In this document: positions 12,950 to 25,191 of the stretch, piece after piece | Numbering within the stretch: position 1 is the stretch's first letter | How the letters are laid out: each line of letters starts with the position of its first letter | NCBI RefSeq assembly: GCF_006345805.1 | Contig: NW_021833613.1 | Location: forward strand, 1-57,352 | Origin: Octopus sinensis | Taxonomy: Eukaryota | Reading direction: 5' to 3' | Length of the DNA: 57,352 nucleotides | Position numbers and translations under genes: made by a program | Notes under the pieces: model-generated | Seen by the model: the letters and a program-made list of their open reading frames with translations, nothing else | Told to the model about the DNA's origin: nothing | Databases searched by the model: none

Positions 12950-13140
12950 ACCATCAGTCATAAAACAGTCAATCACTGACCATCAATCAATCATCATTAA
13001 TCACCAGCCATTCGATCAAGCAACTATCAATCATGAATCTACTAACCAATCTTCAATCAAGCAATCACGAACGACTAAGCACTAATCATCATTCAGTGAA
13101 ACAACTACCAATCACAAATCAGTCAATCGAACAATCAACC
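12950..13140. repeat. Degenerate (AATC)-rich minisatellite block 2
   Basis: tcaatcaagcaatcacgaacgactaagcactaatcatcattc is homologous to 12354-12397. Confidence 0.75.
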
Positions 13141-13584
13141 TTTTTCGAGGAGCGTGCCGCATGAGATATGGGTCATCATCAGGTGGGTCACACTGCCAAA
13201 AAAAAAAAACAAAAGTTCGAGGGTTCAGAAAGTCCCACGGGCTGCAGTTTGCTCACGAGTGATCTCATTAAACGAGGAAGGGGTAGTGCCCCAGCATTGT
13301 TTTAGCGCGCCCCCCAGACTGGAGGGAAGGAAAGGGGGGAAGTTACCTTCCGAAGAGAACCAGGAGGTGATGTTAACACTGGATGTTGAATAAAATCTAC
13401 CCCACAAAATAAACAGAAGGCTACAACTTTTAGGGGTAAAATCGATCCTTAAAAATTAACTGGTACTGTATTTTATCGACCTCAGAAAATGAATGGCTAA
13501 GTCAACTTTGGTGAGATTTGAACTCAGAAAGTAAAGAGGCGCAAAGCATTTTATACTGACGGCTCAACCGATTTTGCCAATCCA

Positions 13585-14013
13585 TTTTTCATTTAAGCCA
13601 GCCATATCCAGCCAAAATATTCTCCATGGTTCATGTTCAAAACGGCCAAATTCAGCCTCTCACACCTACCTTACAATGTCATTCTAAGAATAAACCATCA
13701 TATCATCGAAATCTCGAAGCTATGAGATAATACATGAGGAATTCAAACCAATATGAGTAAATAAGGTGATCTGGCAGAATCGTTAGCAAGCCGGGCAAAA
13801 TGTTTAGCAGTATTTCACCCGTCTTTACGCTCTGAGTTCAAATTCTGTCGCGGTTGACTTTGACTTTCATTATTTCGGAATTGATAAAATAAGTACCAGT
13901 TGAGCACTGGGGTCGATCTAATCGATCTATCCCTCCTTCGAAATTGCTAGCCTTGCATCCATGAGTAAATATGCTTTACATTTGACAGAGTTATCTGAAT
14001 GCTAAGAGGTTAA
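13585..14013 (+). mobile_element. piggyBac-like MITE remnant (TTAA end) interrupted by a SINE
   Basis: 3' end gaatgctaagaggTTAA resembles a ...AGGG-TTAA terminus; body is split by a SINE with an 11-bp TSD. Confidence 0.5.
13764..13960 (+). mobile_element. Family-1 SINE with 11-bp target-site duplication
   Basis: atgagtaaata at 13753-13763 and 13961-13971 flanks a family-1 copy. Confidence 0.85.
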
Positions 14014-14884
14014 ATAGTAACTCTATTAAGTATATACGAACGATAGTAACAATAAACTTTTATTACATTCAAAATATGCTACTGGAGATATTTTATTAAT
14101 ATCAATTCGCTCGAAAGATTCGTTTTTTAGCCATGTATTGTTTCAGTTCTCAGTGAGATGTCCTGGATTCCCCCATTCATTGGTTCAGCTCTTAGGAACA
14201 TGTCCTTGGAGTTTCTTCCATTCATGGAGTCAGTTCTTTTTTTCATATCACTGAAAATCCCGTCTAAGTTCAGATTAAGTAAAAGTTACTTGAATTTCCT
14301 CAAAGAAAACAGTTGCTTAGAAAAATTTTTTAAATTAATAGGGTTCTCTAGAACATTCGTTACACTATCCACGCTCTCCAGGTTCCTATTTTGTATTTAT
14401 TGGTCACAAATTTTAAATTTTGGTTGGTTAGTGCACCTAACTCTATGTAGATACACATCTAGTTACATTTCACTGGTTTAACTAGCTGTAGAACAGTTCA
14501 ATTAATTTTATAAGTGTTTCGTAGTTTGCTGTAAACATTTAAAGCTGACTAACGAGTTGGAAACGAGAAATCATCCCCAGTGTCGATTCCCCCCTATCCC
14601 CCCCCCCAATACTGAAATCAGCAGAAACATTAGAAACTCAGTCATCGAAAATGCACATCTTGAATTGCGTGTTTCTTCCTCAAACGCCAACTAACTTTGC
14701 AGACAATCCTTATATACAAGCAATCTACAAATACTGGTTAATTAATATTTTATGTCTTCTTTGTTTCATCTACCGTGACTACTAGAACAGACCTTATAAT
14801 CTGAACATACATTTCTGTGCTATTTTTCCTTTAAAACACTCGATATATTCACTGCCCCTTCTTGTATTTCAAACTCTATACCAG

Positions 14885-15370
14885 TTATGGGCAAGCTGTT
14901 GCTCGCGGGATTTTCTGAATGGCATGACTAAGTGAAAAATTTTCTTGATTTAGTTATGCGGCCCGCTTCTCGAAAACGTCGCCCATGCTTACTGTAGATC
15001 CTGTAAACGCACATTTTTCTACGCCTTCCCAACAACAATTTCTAGAATTTTGCTTCCTGCCCACATCTTCAATTCCGTTGCAACAACATGTAGAACCCTT
15101 CAACCTTGGAGATTCTATAAAACCCATGGGAATTTCCTTTCTTCCTCAGACTATTAAATTTCCTTTTTCAAAAACCAGCATCTTCAGGAAATACAACTGG
15201 GGAAAAGTAGCAAACAAATGCAGTCATAGCAACATACAACCGAAGCACGAAGAAGTTTATTATCAGAATTTATTTCTACGAACTTTTCTGCATCAACAAA
15301 GTGTTGATGCTACATTAGCCGTGAAATTGTTGAGTTTTTGGTGTTCCCACGCTATGTTACGTTTAAAAAA
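14885..15370 (+). mobile_element. Possible ancient hAT (Charlie/Buster-like) left end and transposase N-terminal relic
   Basis: cagttatgggcaagctgttgctcgcggg...atgcggcccgc resembles hAT termini. Downstream frames give PWEFPFF...KHEEVY...QQSV...SFWCSHAMLRLKK, loosely like the start of Buster-type transposases. A related right-end-like motif lies at 13234-13261. Confidence 0.35.
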
Positions 15371-16127
15371 AATACAATACAAACTCATACATTTTTAGGA
15401 TTCCTTGAATACCGCTTTTACAAAATTTGAAACAGTCTTGTTTAGATTGTCTTTTGGGCTTGTTTGTCAATTTGTAGTTCTTCGCCTTTAAAAATACGTC
15501 TGAGAATAGGAAAATAGAAATAGATAAATCAATTATTTGATAGGATTCGATTATATACGCCATTAAAGGCAATCAATATAGCTCATATTGCATTTCGGAT
15601 ATGTGTTTATAATCATTTTTTTCTATCTTATAATCATTTTTTCTATCTAAGTTTCTGTAAGATCTACTCATCCAAGGAAAAGTACGTATCTGATTACACA
15701 AATCAATAGTTCGATGTATATATTCATACATAAATGTACAGGATATATTTTCGGTTAACTTGACTAGTTAAAAAGAAATTAGTTTCTTTCTTGGAGTATT
15801 GAGATTATTATTCATTGAGAGGAAAATATGTTTTGCACAGAAAATGTTACTATAACTGTAAACAGCATTTTAATAGCTAAGTATTGTTTTGGTGGGCGGG
15901 ATTTAGTGGAATGATAAAATATCACGTATGGAATATAGAGTCCAATCGTAGAGTTGTGGTGGAGAAATATGACTCAGATACTGTTGTTATTACTTTTGTT
16001 GCTGTTTAGTGCAATGCCTTAAGACATTCCAGCCTTGACCATCCCATTTTTTTATTAGGCAGAGATTGTATTATTCATTAAGCAGAAATTGTATTTCAGG
16101 ATCCACATTTTCTAATGTACCCTTGTA

Positions 16128-16322
16128 AGGTGGCGAAGTGGCAAAATCATTTGCATTACCGGGAAGAAAAAAAAAAAAAAAAAGAAAAACATTACTTCGT
16201 GGCATTACTTCTGACTTTAAGTTCTGAGTTCAGATTCCTCCGAAATTCGAGCACTGGGACCGATGTAATTGACTAGCTCTTTCCTCTCGAATTTCAGGCC
16301 TTGTACCTATAGTAGAAGGGAT
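16128..16322 (+). mobile_element. Family-1 SINE
   Basis: ggcgaagtggcaaaatc...ttctgagttcagattcc...ggccttgtacctatagtagaagg. Confidence 0.7.
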
Positions 16323-16865
16323 TAACTAATGTGTCCCCTCGTTTATTAAGGCGGTGGAATGTGATTTAAATGGAATATTGTCACTTTTTCTAGCGGGTCT
16401 AGCAACCACGTAAAGTTTTACGCATTAGTTTCGACTCAGAGGTAGATTCACGTGGACATTACATACGACTCAATGTCGTAGGATATTCCTTCAAGAAATA
16501 TCTTTTTGTGTGTTATATGACTGATCTCATTAATTATGCTACGTCAGAACGACTATTTTAGAAGTAAAACGGTGGTTTTAAAACGAAGTTTGTTTGAGAA
16601 CATATTTTACATTATCTATCATTCAACGTCAGAATAAAAATTTTAGGGTTAAAATAAGGAGAAAAATTGTCCAAAAAATATTTATGTACAACTTAAAACA
16701 TATTTTATTCAGAAACCCAACATTTACATTTTTTTATAATGTTATGTCTACATAACAAAGGTGAGATGTGGGAATCATATTTATTTACAAAAGAAAAAAA
16801 AAAAAAAGACAAAAAGAGATGTGATACCGAACACAAGTGAAATTTAAATAGTTTATCATTCTTTG

Positions 16866-17325
16866 CAGGCGTGGCTGTGGCAAGAAGCTTGTTTCCCAGC
16901 AACATGGTTCCGGCTTCAGTTTCACTATGTGTTACATTGGGCAAGTGTCTTCTGCTATAGCCTCGGGCTGACCAAAGCCTTGTGAGTCGATTTGGTTGAC
17001 GGAAACTCAAAGAAGCCCGTCGTACATGTGTATGTATGTATGTACGTATGTATGTGTATATATATATGTTTGTATGTATGTATGTATGTATGTATGAATG
17101 TATGTATGTATGTGTGCGTGTGTGTGTGTGTGTCTTTGAGTCTGTGACTGTCCCCTCCCTACTACCGCTTGACAACCGGTGTTGGTGTGTTTATTCTAAC
17201 AGTTTGGCAAAAAGACATCGATAGAATTAGTACCAGGTTTTAATAAATAAGTACTGGGGTCAATTTGTTCGACTAAAGCCCTTCAAGGAGGTGTCTTAAC
17301 ATGGCTGCAGTCATATGACTGTACC
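16866..17325 (+). mobile_element. Family-2 SINE
   Basis: Full head, microsatellite and tail matching 4585-5160. Confidence 0.85.
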
Positions 17326-18012
17326 TCATGCCGGGCCGTTGGATTATCCGGTATTATGGAGAAGAGGATGAATTCCTGAATTCAGATGAAGTGGATGGTG
17401 TCTTTTATACAATACAAAAACATCCTGTTCTGGCATTTGTATAACATTCAATGCTGAAATATGGTAGCGAGCCCTTCAAGACTTTTCCATTTGTAGATTA
17501 TTACACATCTGTCACGCCTTCGCTCCAGGGAGTAAAGTCGCTGGTTTTTAGCTTCTCCCTGTGGATCATCCCCTGTACAGTTTCAATCTCTTTAGTGTAG
17601 TCGCACTGAACTGCTTCAAGCACCTCTGTTAGTTTGGCACAATGTGGTGACTATAGCTGAGAGTAGCAGTCAAGACAGCTGAGAACAAAGGTCCTTCACA
17701 GGTTTAACATAACTTCTTGGTTTCTTGGCTTGAAGGACCTTTCTAGCCATCCTGCCAGTTGTCTGCACTTTGCTGCCATCTTAGTAATGTGCTTATGAAA
17801 TGATGCGTCATTGCACACACTGATCCCCAAGTCTTTCGCTGCCTGCGACTCTGGGATTGCAGTGCCATCGTCACATGTATATGCAGGCTGTAGTGCATTC
17901 GTGAGTTGATAGTGTAGTGCTTGAAATTTTCCAGAATTAAACAGCATGCTATTTACTTCAACCCACTTGTATATTGCATTCAGGTCTCGCTGTAAGTTTG
18001 CGATGTCAAATA
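17325..18012 (-). pseudogene. CR1/Jockey-group LINE RT 3' fragment, decayed
   Basis: LQRDLNAIYKW...MLFNSGKFQALH...KDLGI...AAKCRQLAGWLERSF, the typical post-FADD region; stops downstream. Confidence 0.8.
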
Positions 18013-18038
18013 TATATGACGTCGGGAAGAATGGAAAA

Positions 18039-18076
18039 GTTTTTAATGTTTCGAGTCTACGCTCTTCGACAGAAAC
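18039..18076 (-). ncRNA. Degenerate type I hammerhead H3
   Basis: Minus strand GUUU-CUGUCGA-A-GAGC guag ACUC-GAAAC AU U-AAAAAC: A6 replaced by U, one stem II mismatch, CG-to-CA change in stem III. Confidence 0.45.
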
Positions 18077-18409
18077 GGTTGAGAGGGAAAAAAAGGGAGC
18101 GAGAACGGAAAAAAGAAATAGAAAGAGGTAAAAATGTGTAGAGATTAACGGTTCAACATGATGAAATGGCCGAAAGAAAGAGACTGAGTGAAAGGGAGAT
18201 AATAACAGGGATCCAGCTGGAATGGTGTGTGTGTGTGTGTGTAAGTGTGCATGTTTGAATGGGTGCAAGTGCATGTGAATGCATGTGTGGGCAGGCTTAA
18301 AATTATATGGGTCTGAGCGTGAGTTTGGGTGTGTGTGTATGTGAATAAGTAACCTTGTATATAATTAGTGGAGTGAATCGTGTTTCCTGTATTTGTTTGG
18401 GTGTGAGTC

Positions 18410-18712
18410 ATGTATGTAGGCGTGACTTTCGTGGTAAAAAGTTAGTTCTCCAGCCGCATATTTCCCGGTTCACTCGAGCAAGTGTTATCGGAAACTGAAA
18501 GAAGCCCGTTGTATATATCTATATGTGTATGTGTTTGTGTTCTGTGTTTGTCCCCTACCATCGCATGACAACCAATGTTGGTGTATTTACGTTACCATAA
18601 CTTAGCGATAGAATAAGTACTAGGCTTAAAAAGAATAAGTCCCTGAGCCGATTTCTTCGACTAAAGGCGGTTGTCCGGCATGGCCGCAGTCAAATGACTG
18701 AAACATAAGAAG
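18410..18712 (+). mobile_element. Family-2 SINE with internal deletion
   Basis: Head plus ggaaactgaaagaagcccg...ggcatggccgcagtcaaatgactgaaac tail. Confidence 0.8.
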
Positions 18713-18751
18713 AATTTGTAAAAGTCTGGATAGAATTGACATATGGGTTCC

Positions 18752-18814
18752 ATTCTAGCAAAAACTGTCTGATGAACGGCAACGGGAAACTCAGAGTAAC
18801 AGGTTTTGTTGAAT
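18752..18814 (+). ncRNA. Type I hammerhead H4
   Basis: Stem I CAAAAACUGU/ACAGGUUUUG (10 bp, one mismatch, extendable); CUGAUGA (18769-18775); stem II ACG-GCAA-CGG (GNRA loop, 10.1-11.1 pair broken); GAAA; near-palindromic stem III ACUC-A-GAGU; GUA with predicted cleavage after 18798; aataaa ~25 nt downstream of stem I. Confidence 0.72.
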
Positions 18815-18933
18815 TTTGTGCTGCTTTAAATAAAGCATATTACTCTACCACTGGTATTTGAGTTCTCTTTTTTCCACCTTGTTTCACATTTATGTGTTTA
18901 CTCCGGTATATATATATATATATACTTCTGTGG

Positions 18934-19008
<75 letters not shown>

Positions 19009-19180
19009 TATATATATATACATATATACATATACGTTTATGTATTTGTTTTGCAAGATCGCTCATGTGAAATCGTGTGTTGAAACAATTTTGTTATCTT
19101 TGGGGATGGTAATTTTTTTTGGGGGCGGTGGGAGTGGAGGTGGCATGAATTGACAAAAAAACAGGTTCATCCCCAAATAT

Positions 19181-19269
<89 letters not shown>

Positions 19270-19464
19270 TACATACATACATACATACATACATACATAC
19301 ATACATACATACATACATACATACATGTATTTATATATATATATATAATTAAAAACGGAGAAAAAATAGGAGAAATCAAGAAAACAACAACAACAACAAC
19401 AACGCGAGGACATAGTGCATGGAAAGTGTTAATGAGACGCTCAGAGAAGAAAAGAAACTGGGGT

Positions 19465-19501
19465 TGTTTTATGTTTCGAGCATAGCTCTTCTTCGGAAAC
19501 A
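19465..19501 (-). ncRNA. Minimal type I hammerhead H5
   Basis: Minus strand UGUUU-CCGAAGA-A-GAGC uau GCUC-GAAA C A U A-AAACA: 5-bp stem I, 4-bp stem II, U4-to-C change, stem III ACAU (ACGU expected). Confidence 0.6.
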
Positions 19502-19597
19502 TGAGACATAGGCAAGATCAAAACAAAATGAAGACGGAGGGAAAAAAAATCGCCAACAGTCCACGCGTAGTTACATATACATATGTACCTATATATC

Positions 19598-19649
<52 letters not shown>

Positions 19650-20096
19650 AAGTAAATGTTAGAAGAAATGAAATGCTTGAGTAGAAGAAAGGAAGAAAAG
19701 TAAGAAAGTGGTCGAATATTTAGGAGTGGGAATCAGGTGCAGTTGTTAGGAAAGGAGAAGAAGACAGTGGGGAGAAAAAAGGGAAGATAGGAGTAGAAAA
19801 TTGTAGTCTTTAAGGGGAAATAATGGTTGTTAAAAATATTAAGCTGAGAGGGTAAGTATAGTAGGAGCTGATAAAGTTGGTCGCTTACCACTTCACAGTA
19901 AGTATACAGTTCATGCACCAATGCATACACACGTACACTCACTTCGCACCCGTAGAATATCTAAGTACTTGTAAACATGTACATAAGTACATAAGCACAC
20001 ACCCCCACATGCGAAAAGGAAAATATGAAGACACCACAAAGTCATGAAAATATATGTAAATATAGCTCAAAAGATTAAATATTATAAATACTCTTT

Positions 20097-20292
20097 TACT
20101 CTTTTACTTGTTTCAGTCATTTGACTGTGGCCATGCTGGAGCACCACCTTTAGTTGAGCAAATCGACCCCACGACTTATTCTTTGTAAGCCTAGTACTTA
20201 TTCTAGTCTCTTTTGCCGAACCGCTAAGTTACGGGGACGTAAACACACCAGCATCGGTTGTCAAGCGATGTTGGGGGACCAACACAGATACT

Positions 20293-20364
<72 letters not shown>

Positions 20365-20525
20365 CGACAGGCTTCTTTCAGTTTCCGTCTACCAAATCCA
20401 CTCACAAGGCTTTGGTTGGCCCGAGTCTATAGTAGAAGACACTTGCCCAAGGTGCCACGCAGTGGGATTGAACTTGGAACCATGTGGTTCGTAAGCAAGC
20501 TACTTACCACACAGCCACTCCTACG
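20097..20525 (-). mobile_element. Family-2 SINE
   Basis: Full-length reverse-complement copy with internal (CA)n. Confidence 0.88.
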
Positions 20526-20589
20526 CTTACGTTGAAGAAATTAATGTAGCGGTGATGTTGGAGGAACAGCTAGAGAATTATTGTGGAAA

Positions 20590-22400
20590 GCACTATCGTT
20601 TGTACCTTAAGAATCTCTGGCATAATTTCTGTTTACAATTAAGAATAAAGTCGCTTCGTTCATTGATGCAGCTGCTGCCTTGCAAAATAGATAAGACTTC
20701 TGCGATGCAGAGATTGCATTTGTTGTTATAACAGCTATACGGATTATTATGGGTAACAATGGACTATTTTATACTGTGTAAAACTGAGTTGTGTTTTATG
20801 TTATGAATGAGCCTTGATAAAGAAGTACTGTTAGTTTTCGCTTGAGATTTAAAACTAGAGTAGTGGTTACTAATTCTGGCCTTGAATGTGGTACTTCACG
20901 AGTAAACATATACAAACTTGAAATCCTTTATGGATTTCAAGTTTGTATAGTAAGGCATTTATTTTCTAAGAGAGCGCTTAAGTGGAATTCGTGGGGTTAT
21001 GATTACCTTAGGTTAACTAAGTGTTATAGGTAAAATCCGCCTCGACGTTAGGGTTGATAATGTTTGTGGTGGTGAGGGAGCCATCTAGGGGATGTAGTTT
21101 ATAGTAGCTCTCGTGTCTGATGGTATCATCCCTTTTATTCACGACATCGGAAGCCTATAAAGCCAGATCACTAGATTGGTTATGGGTATTGGGCAGAGTG
21201 TTAAGATTAGGGCTGGTGGGGTGAGGGTTGGCATTGGAAAGAAGGTTTAAGGATGCACTAGGTTTATGGAGGGGCTGTGACGGGGATTAGAGTATGTTGT
21301 AATTGCGTGATTAAAGTTATCTGTCTTCTGGTTGCGTAGCTTCTTATTGTTAAGTCACCGAATTATACCAGCGATGTTAATTGTGGTGGAGTAGGATAAT
21401 TTAATAGATTGGTGGTTGAAGATTTTCCTAAGGGTACTAGACCTTGGGAAAAGTTTTTCTAGTGGAGGAAAGAAAAGCTTAGGTAGTCTGGTCTGAACAT
21501 TAAGGGCGAAAGGAGCGGGGTTAAACCCATATAACGTCACGTGTTCTGGTCCGCTTATTCCGTTCTAGGGTGCTACCCTCATATGACTTGGTGTAGAAAG
21601 GGTTTACACTAGTGTAGATGTCGACAGGCAACAGTGGATTTGGGACCCGGAATCCCAGGGTGGGAGGAGTACCTATTCGGTTTGCTACTATGATTAAATT
21701 TGGAGAGATAGGGGAAGGGTGGAATATGAGAGATACCTCGGGTTTTGTCTAGGACGCAGAGGTTTCTGTAGTGCCAGGTTCAGAGGGGGTGAAGGATCAC
21801 TCCATATAGGGAAATACCTGATCAAATTCTTATATCCAGCACGGTATAGGGAGCTGTTGTAATATTCAGTATATTGCTCAAATATATCTTTATTAGTGGA
21901 TAGGGATGAAATCCTATAAGACACGCTGTCAAAGATTGGTTTTAGGACAGAGGCGAGGTGTGATTCGAAGAAAAGTTAACGTAATTTAGGTTTTCCTTGA
22001 GTTTGCGGTAAGGATAGAAGGTGTCGTTCTGTAAATCCAGAGTGACATCGAGGAATTTTGCGGTTTTAAGATTAAAGCAAAAAGAGACGTTTTTTTAAAG
22101 AATGATTTAATTCTTTTACGAAGTTGTTCGACCTCCCGGTTACTAGAGCTCGGGACCATACGTATAGTGTCGCTTCAATAAAACTACCGGAAATATTTGT
22201 AAATTAGTCCCAGAGACAGCGGAGCAGGTAACATCCTATGAAGTCAGTTACTTGGGCCGAGTCATTCGCCCCAATCGGGATGTCGAAATAGTTGGGGTGT
22301 CCTTGCGAGCCCAAAGTTTCCCGTCGAATTTTATAAGAATTCGACGGGCTGTATATAATTCTGCAAATTATATTTGTATAGACGGTCACACTGAAGATCT
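20590..22400 (-). mobile_element. Decayed Penelope-like retroelement (RT + GIY-YIG endonuclease)
   Basis: Frameshifted motifs FDIPIGANDSAQVTDFIGCYLL, KFLDVTLDLQNDTFYPYRK, RISSLSTNKDIFEQ...YYNSSLYRAGY, FNPAPFALNVQT...SSTLRKIFNHQSIKLSYS, and a GIY-YIG-type tail TFKARISNHYSSFK...STSLSRLI...CNLCIAE...INERSD. Confidence 0.88.
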
Positions 22401-22653
22401 ATGGACAAATTGCGTAAGTAAAATTACGTAATCTGTTAATAGTGAAAAATTTATGTAAATAATCTATATTTTTGTTACTTTTCATTTGTCTTGCTCGCTT
22501 ACGTTCTGGTGTTTGCTAAATTTTTCTTGAGAACATTTCCTAGTAGTAAGACCATAACGGATCTACTTGTAGGATAAGGGGTGTCCCTCTCATATGTATA
22601 TATTTACATACACACACACATACATACATACATACATACATACATACATACAT

Positions 22654-22736
<83 letters not shown>

Positions 22737-22743
<7 letters not shown>

Positions 22744-23232
22744 CTATGGTGTTAGAAACACCTATATTGCGGAGAAATAAGAATTAAAATGCTCCAATTT
22801 TGTAGTCAAAGCACATAATTGTATACTTTTATACTAGTAGTGACAATTATGTTTTTCTTTTGGTATGTCTACATTAATCTTATGTATACACATTAGCGAT
22901 TCGCTAAATCATTCATAAATTCTTACGGTGAAAACATATATAGTGATAGAGAATTAAGTCCAAAATCTGTCGAATCCGAGCCAGTCCTTTGCTCATGAGG
23001 CAATGGAAATTGCCGAAACTGACGTCAGTATAAGGAATTCTCAATAGATGTTTTCGGGTGTTCATAGTGCCTATCAGTATGTACGTATACAATTATGGGC
23101 TTTGACTACAGTATTTGAGCATTTTAGCTTTTATTTTTAGTGATGTAGGTGTTTCTAATACTCTAGTCATATTTAGTGACAATTATGGTTTTCCTTTTTG
23201 GTAAGCATTGCATACCACTGTCTATATTAATT
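22737..23232 (+). mobile_element. Hammerhead-bearing small element: inverted 5' segment plus ~336-nt terminally redundant unit
   Basis: 22737-22826 is an imperfect reverse complement of 23085-23172; direct repeat tagtgacaattatg..ttttc..ttttggta at 22838-22865 and 23174-23203; (TA)n on both flanks. Confidence 0.75.
22985..23036 (+). ncRNA. Type I hammerhead H6 (G5-to-C substitution)
   Basis: UCCUUUG-CUCAUGA-GGCAAU GGAA AUUGCC-GAAA CUGACGUCAG U A-UAAGGA: perfect 6-bp stem II with GNRA loop, palindromic stem III ACUGACGUCAGU, GUA with predicted cleavage after 23030. Confidence 0.78.
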
Positions 23233-23359
23233 TATATATATGTAGATATATATATTTGTGTATGTATGTATATACATGCATGCAATGTATATATGCATAT
23301 ATATGTGAATGTAAATAAGTTTATATATGTACATGTGTGTATGTGTGTGTGTGTGTGTG

Positions 23360-23397
<38 letters not shown>

Positions 23398-24118
23398 TGT
23401 GTGTGAAGACATTTAGTTATGAATTGTTATTTTTAATGAAATGCAAATATAGTTAAAAGCGAGATACTACATGAACCCTCTTTAGCGCATCAAATAAGTT
23501 ACCAAATCAAAACGAATATATCGTCTTTTCTTCCATTTCTGCAAAGTTATTTAGTTTCTTTGAAAGTAAATTATAGCTAGTAATTCTTATCAAATTATTC
23601 TGAGATCATACTATGCTGATGAAACCAGAATTTGTCAAAAACAAACCCGAAATTATCTCCTGTACTAGTAAGAACAAATTAATATAATAAAATATGATGT
23701 AAGCCACCGACCTGTGTGTTCCTCTCACTAAATATTTTAGTCATCTTTATCTTTTCAACGATTCATATATTGCATACATATTCCGATATCCTTTTGCTCA
23801 CACATTATATTGTTTATTAGTTAGTTTTTATTAATTATTGTTTGTGTCAATTAGCTTTCATTAACCTTGTAGATTTTCACATGGACTACATCATAGTTGA
23901 TGTACAGTTTAAGCATCTGCAGTCTGTAAAAATCCGTTGTATTTATAGTTGATGCATAGTTTAAACTTCAGCTTCTGTGCTACTTCTGGCAAAATTTTCC
24001 CTCGGCGAAAATTCCTCGTACTCGTCGTAATATAATAGCTATTTCTAACAAAGCATTTATTCCCGTCCAGTTCATATCTACCTATACCTTTCTCGCTCCC
24101 TCTCTTCCTCTTCACTTC

Positions 24119-24197
<79 letters not shown>

Positions 24198-24502
24198 GTC
24201 TCTCTGTCTCTCTGTCTCTCTCTCTCTCTCACTTTGCATGATCAATGAAAATCTTTTGGAGTTCACACTGTTACAACTAAGATATCAATTTTCTTTAGTA
24301 GTGCTGTCTTTGGTAGTAGTTTAGCTTATAATCTCACGCTTCGGATACGATGTCTTAAAATATGAAAAGCAACTATATTGCTTTCTATTAGTATGTCCTT
24401 TCACTCTAATTTTTTCATACTAACTGTGCAGTTTGTGTCTTTGTTTTAATCATTATCTATGGGAAGCACCTGTGAAATTATCCATATTGTACACAGCTTT
24501 CA

Positions 24503-24830
24503 ACAGGTCGGGTCAGGTATGGAGGCAGGTACCGTTGCAGCACGTCACTGTATCTACCGTTTGTCCTCCAAGTCTGTCCCCATCACCGCGAGATATTTCC
24601 TCGTCACCGTGACCATGCGGTACGTGACTGACTAACACAAGCCGTCACCCCAGCCAGATCCTCAGAGAAGAGAATATGGCACGCAAAATCGAAGTCGGAA
24701 AATCGAGTTACGTGACCAAACTGTTTGAGCTGACGCTCCCGAATCTTACAAGCAACAATATGCTTCCCAGTTTCTGAGTATAGTCGTTGATTAGATACGA
24801 AATTCAACCAATGGCAACTCATTATTCTGC
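24503..24830 (-). pseudogene. RTE-clade LINE 3' end
   Basis: HWLNFVSNQRLYSETG...IRERQLKQFGHVTRF resembles the RTE ORF C-terminus; tail ccatacctgacccgacctg. Confidence 0.75.
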
Positions 24831-24985
24831 AAAGTATCCCGGGACTAAAAGGAGTTCAACTGGAATTTATTTTACCGACCCCGAAAGGATGAAAGAAAAA
24901 ATCGACCTCGTGGGAATTTAGTCGGAAGAAATGCCGCTAAGCATTTTTTCTGGCATGCTAACGATTCCGCCAGCAAGTCGCCTTT
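24830..24985 (-). mobile_element. Family-1 SINE
   Basis: Reverse-complement match to the family-1 consensus. Confidence 0.75.
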
Positions 24986-25191
24986 AAACTACTGTAAGAC
25001 ATTTATCAACACTGGGTTTGTTGAAATCGACTCATCCCTTTCCAAAAAAATTCTGGTCATGTACCTGCAACAGAAAGAATTACATTGACATATGAAATAT
25101 GTCAATATACTGCTAATATAAGATATTAGGAATCAATGTCACACATATTCATTGACCTTGAGTAGCTGAACCGGTGGGTAGTCAGATTCAG

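Noticed and set aside
16410-16560. Minus-strand GTC GAAAC...GTA AAAC as a hammerhead 3' half
   Set aside because: No matching CUGANGA with compatible stems I and II.
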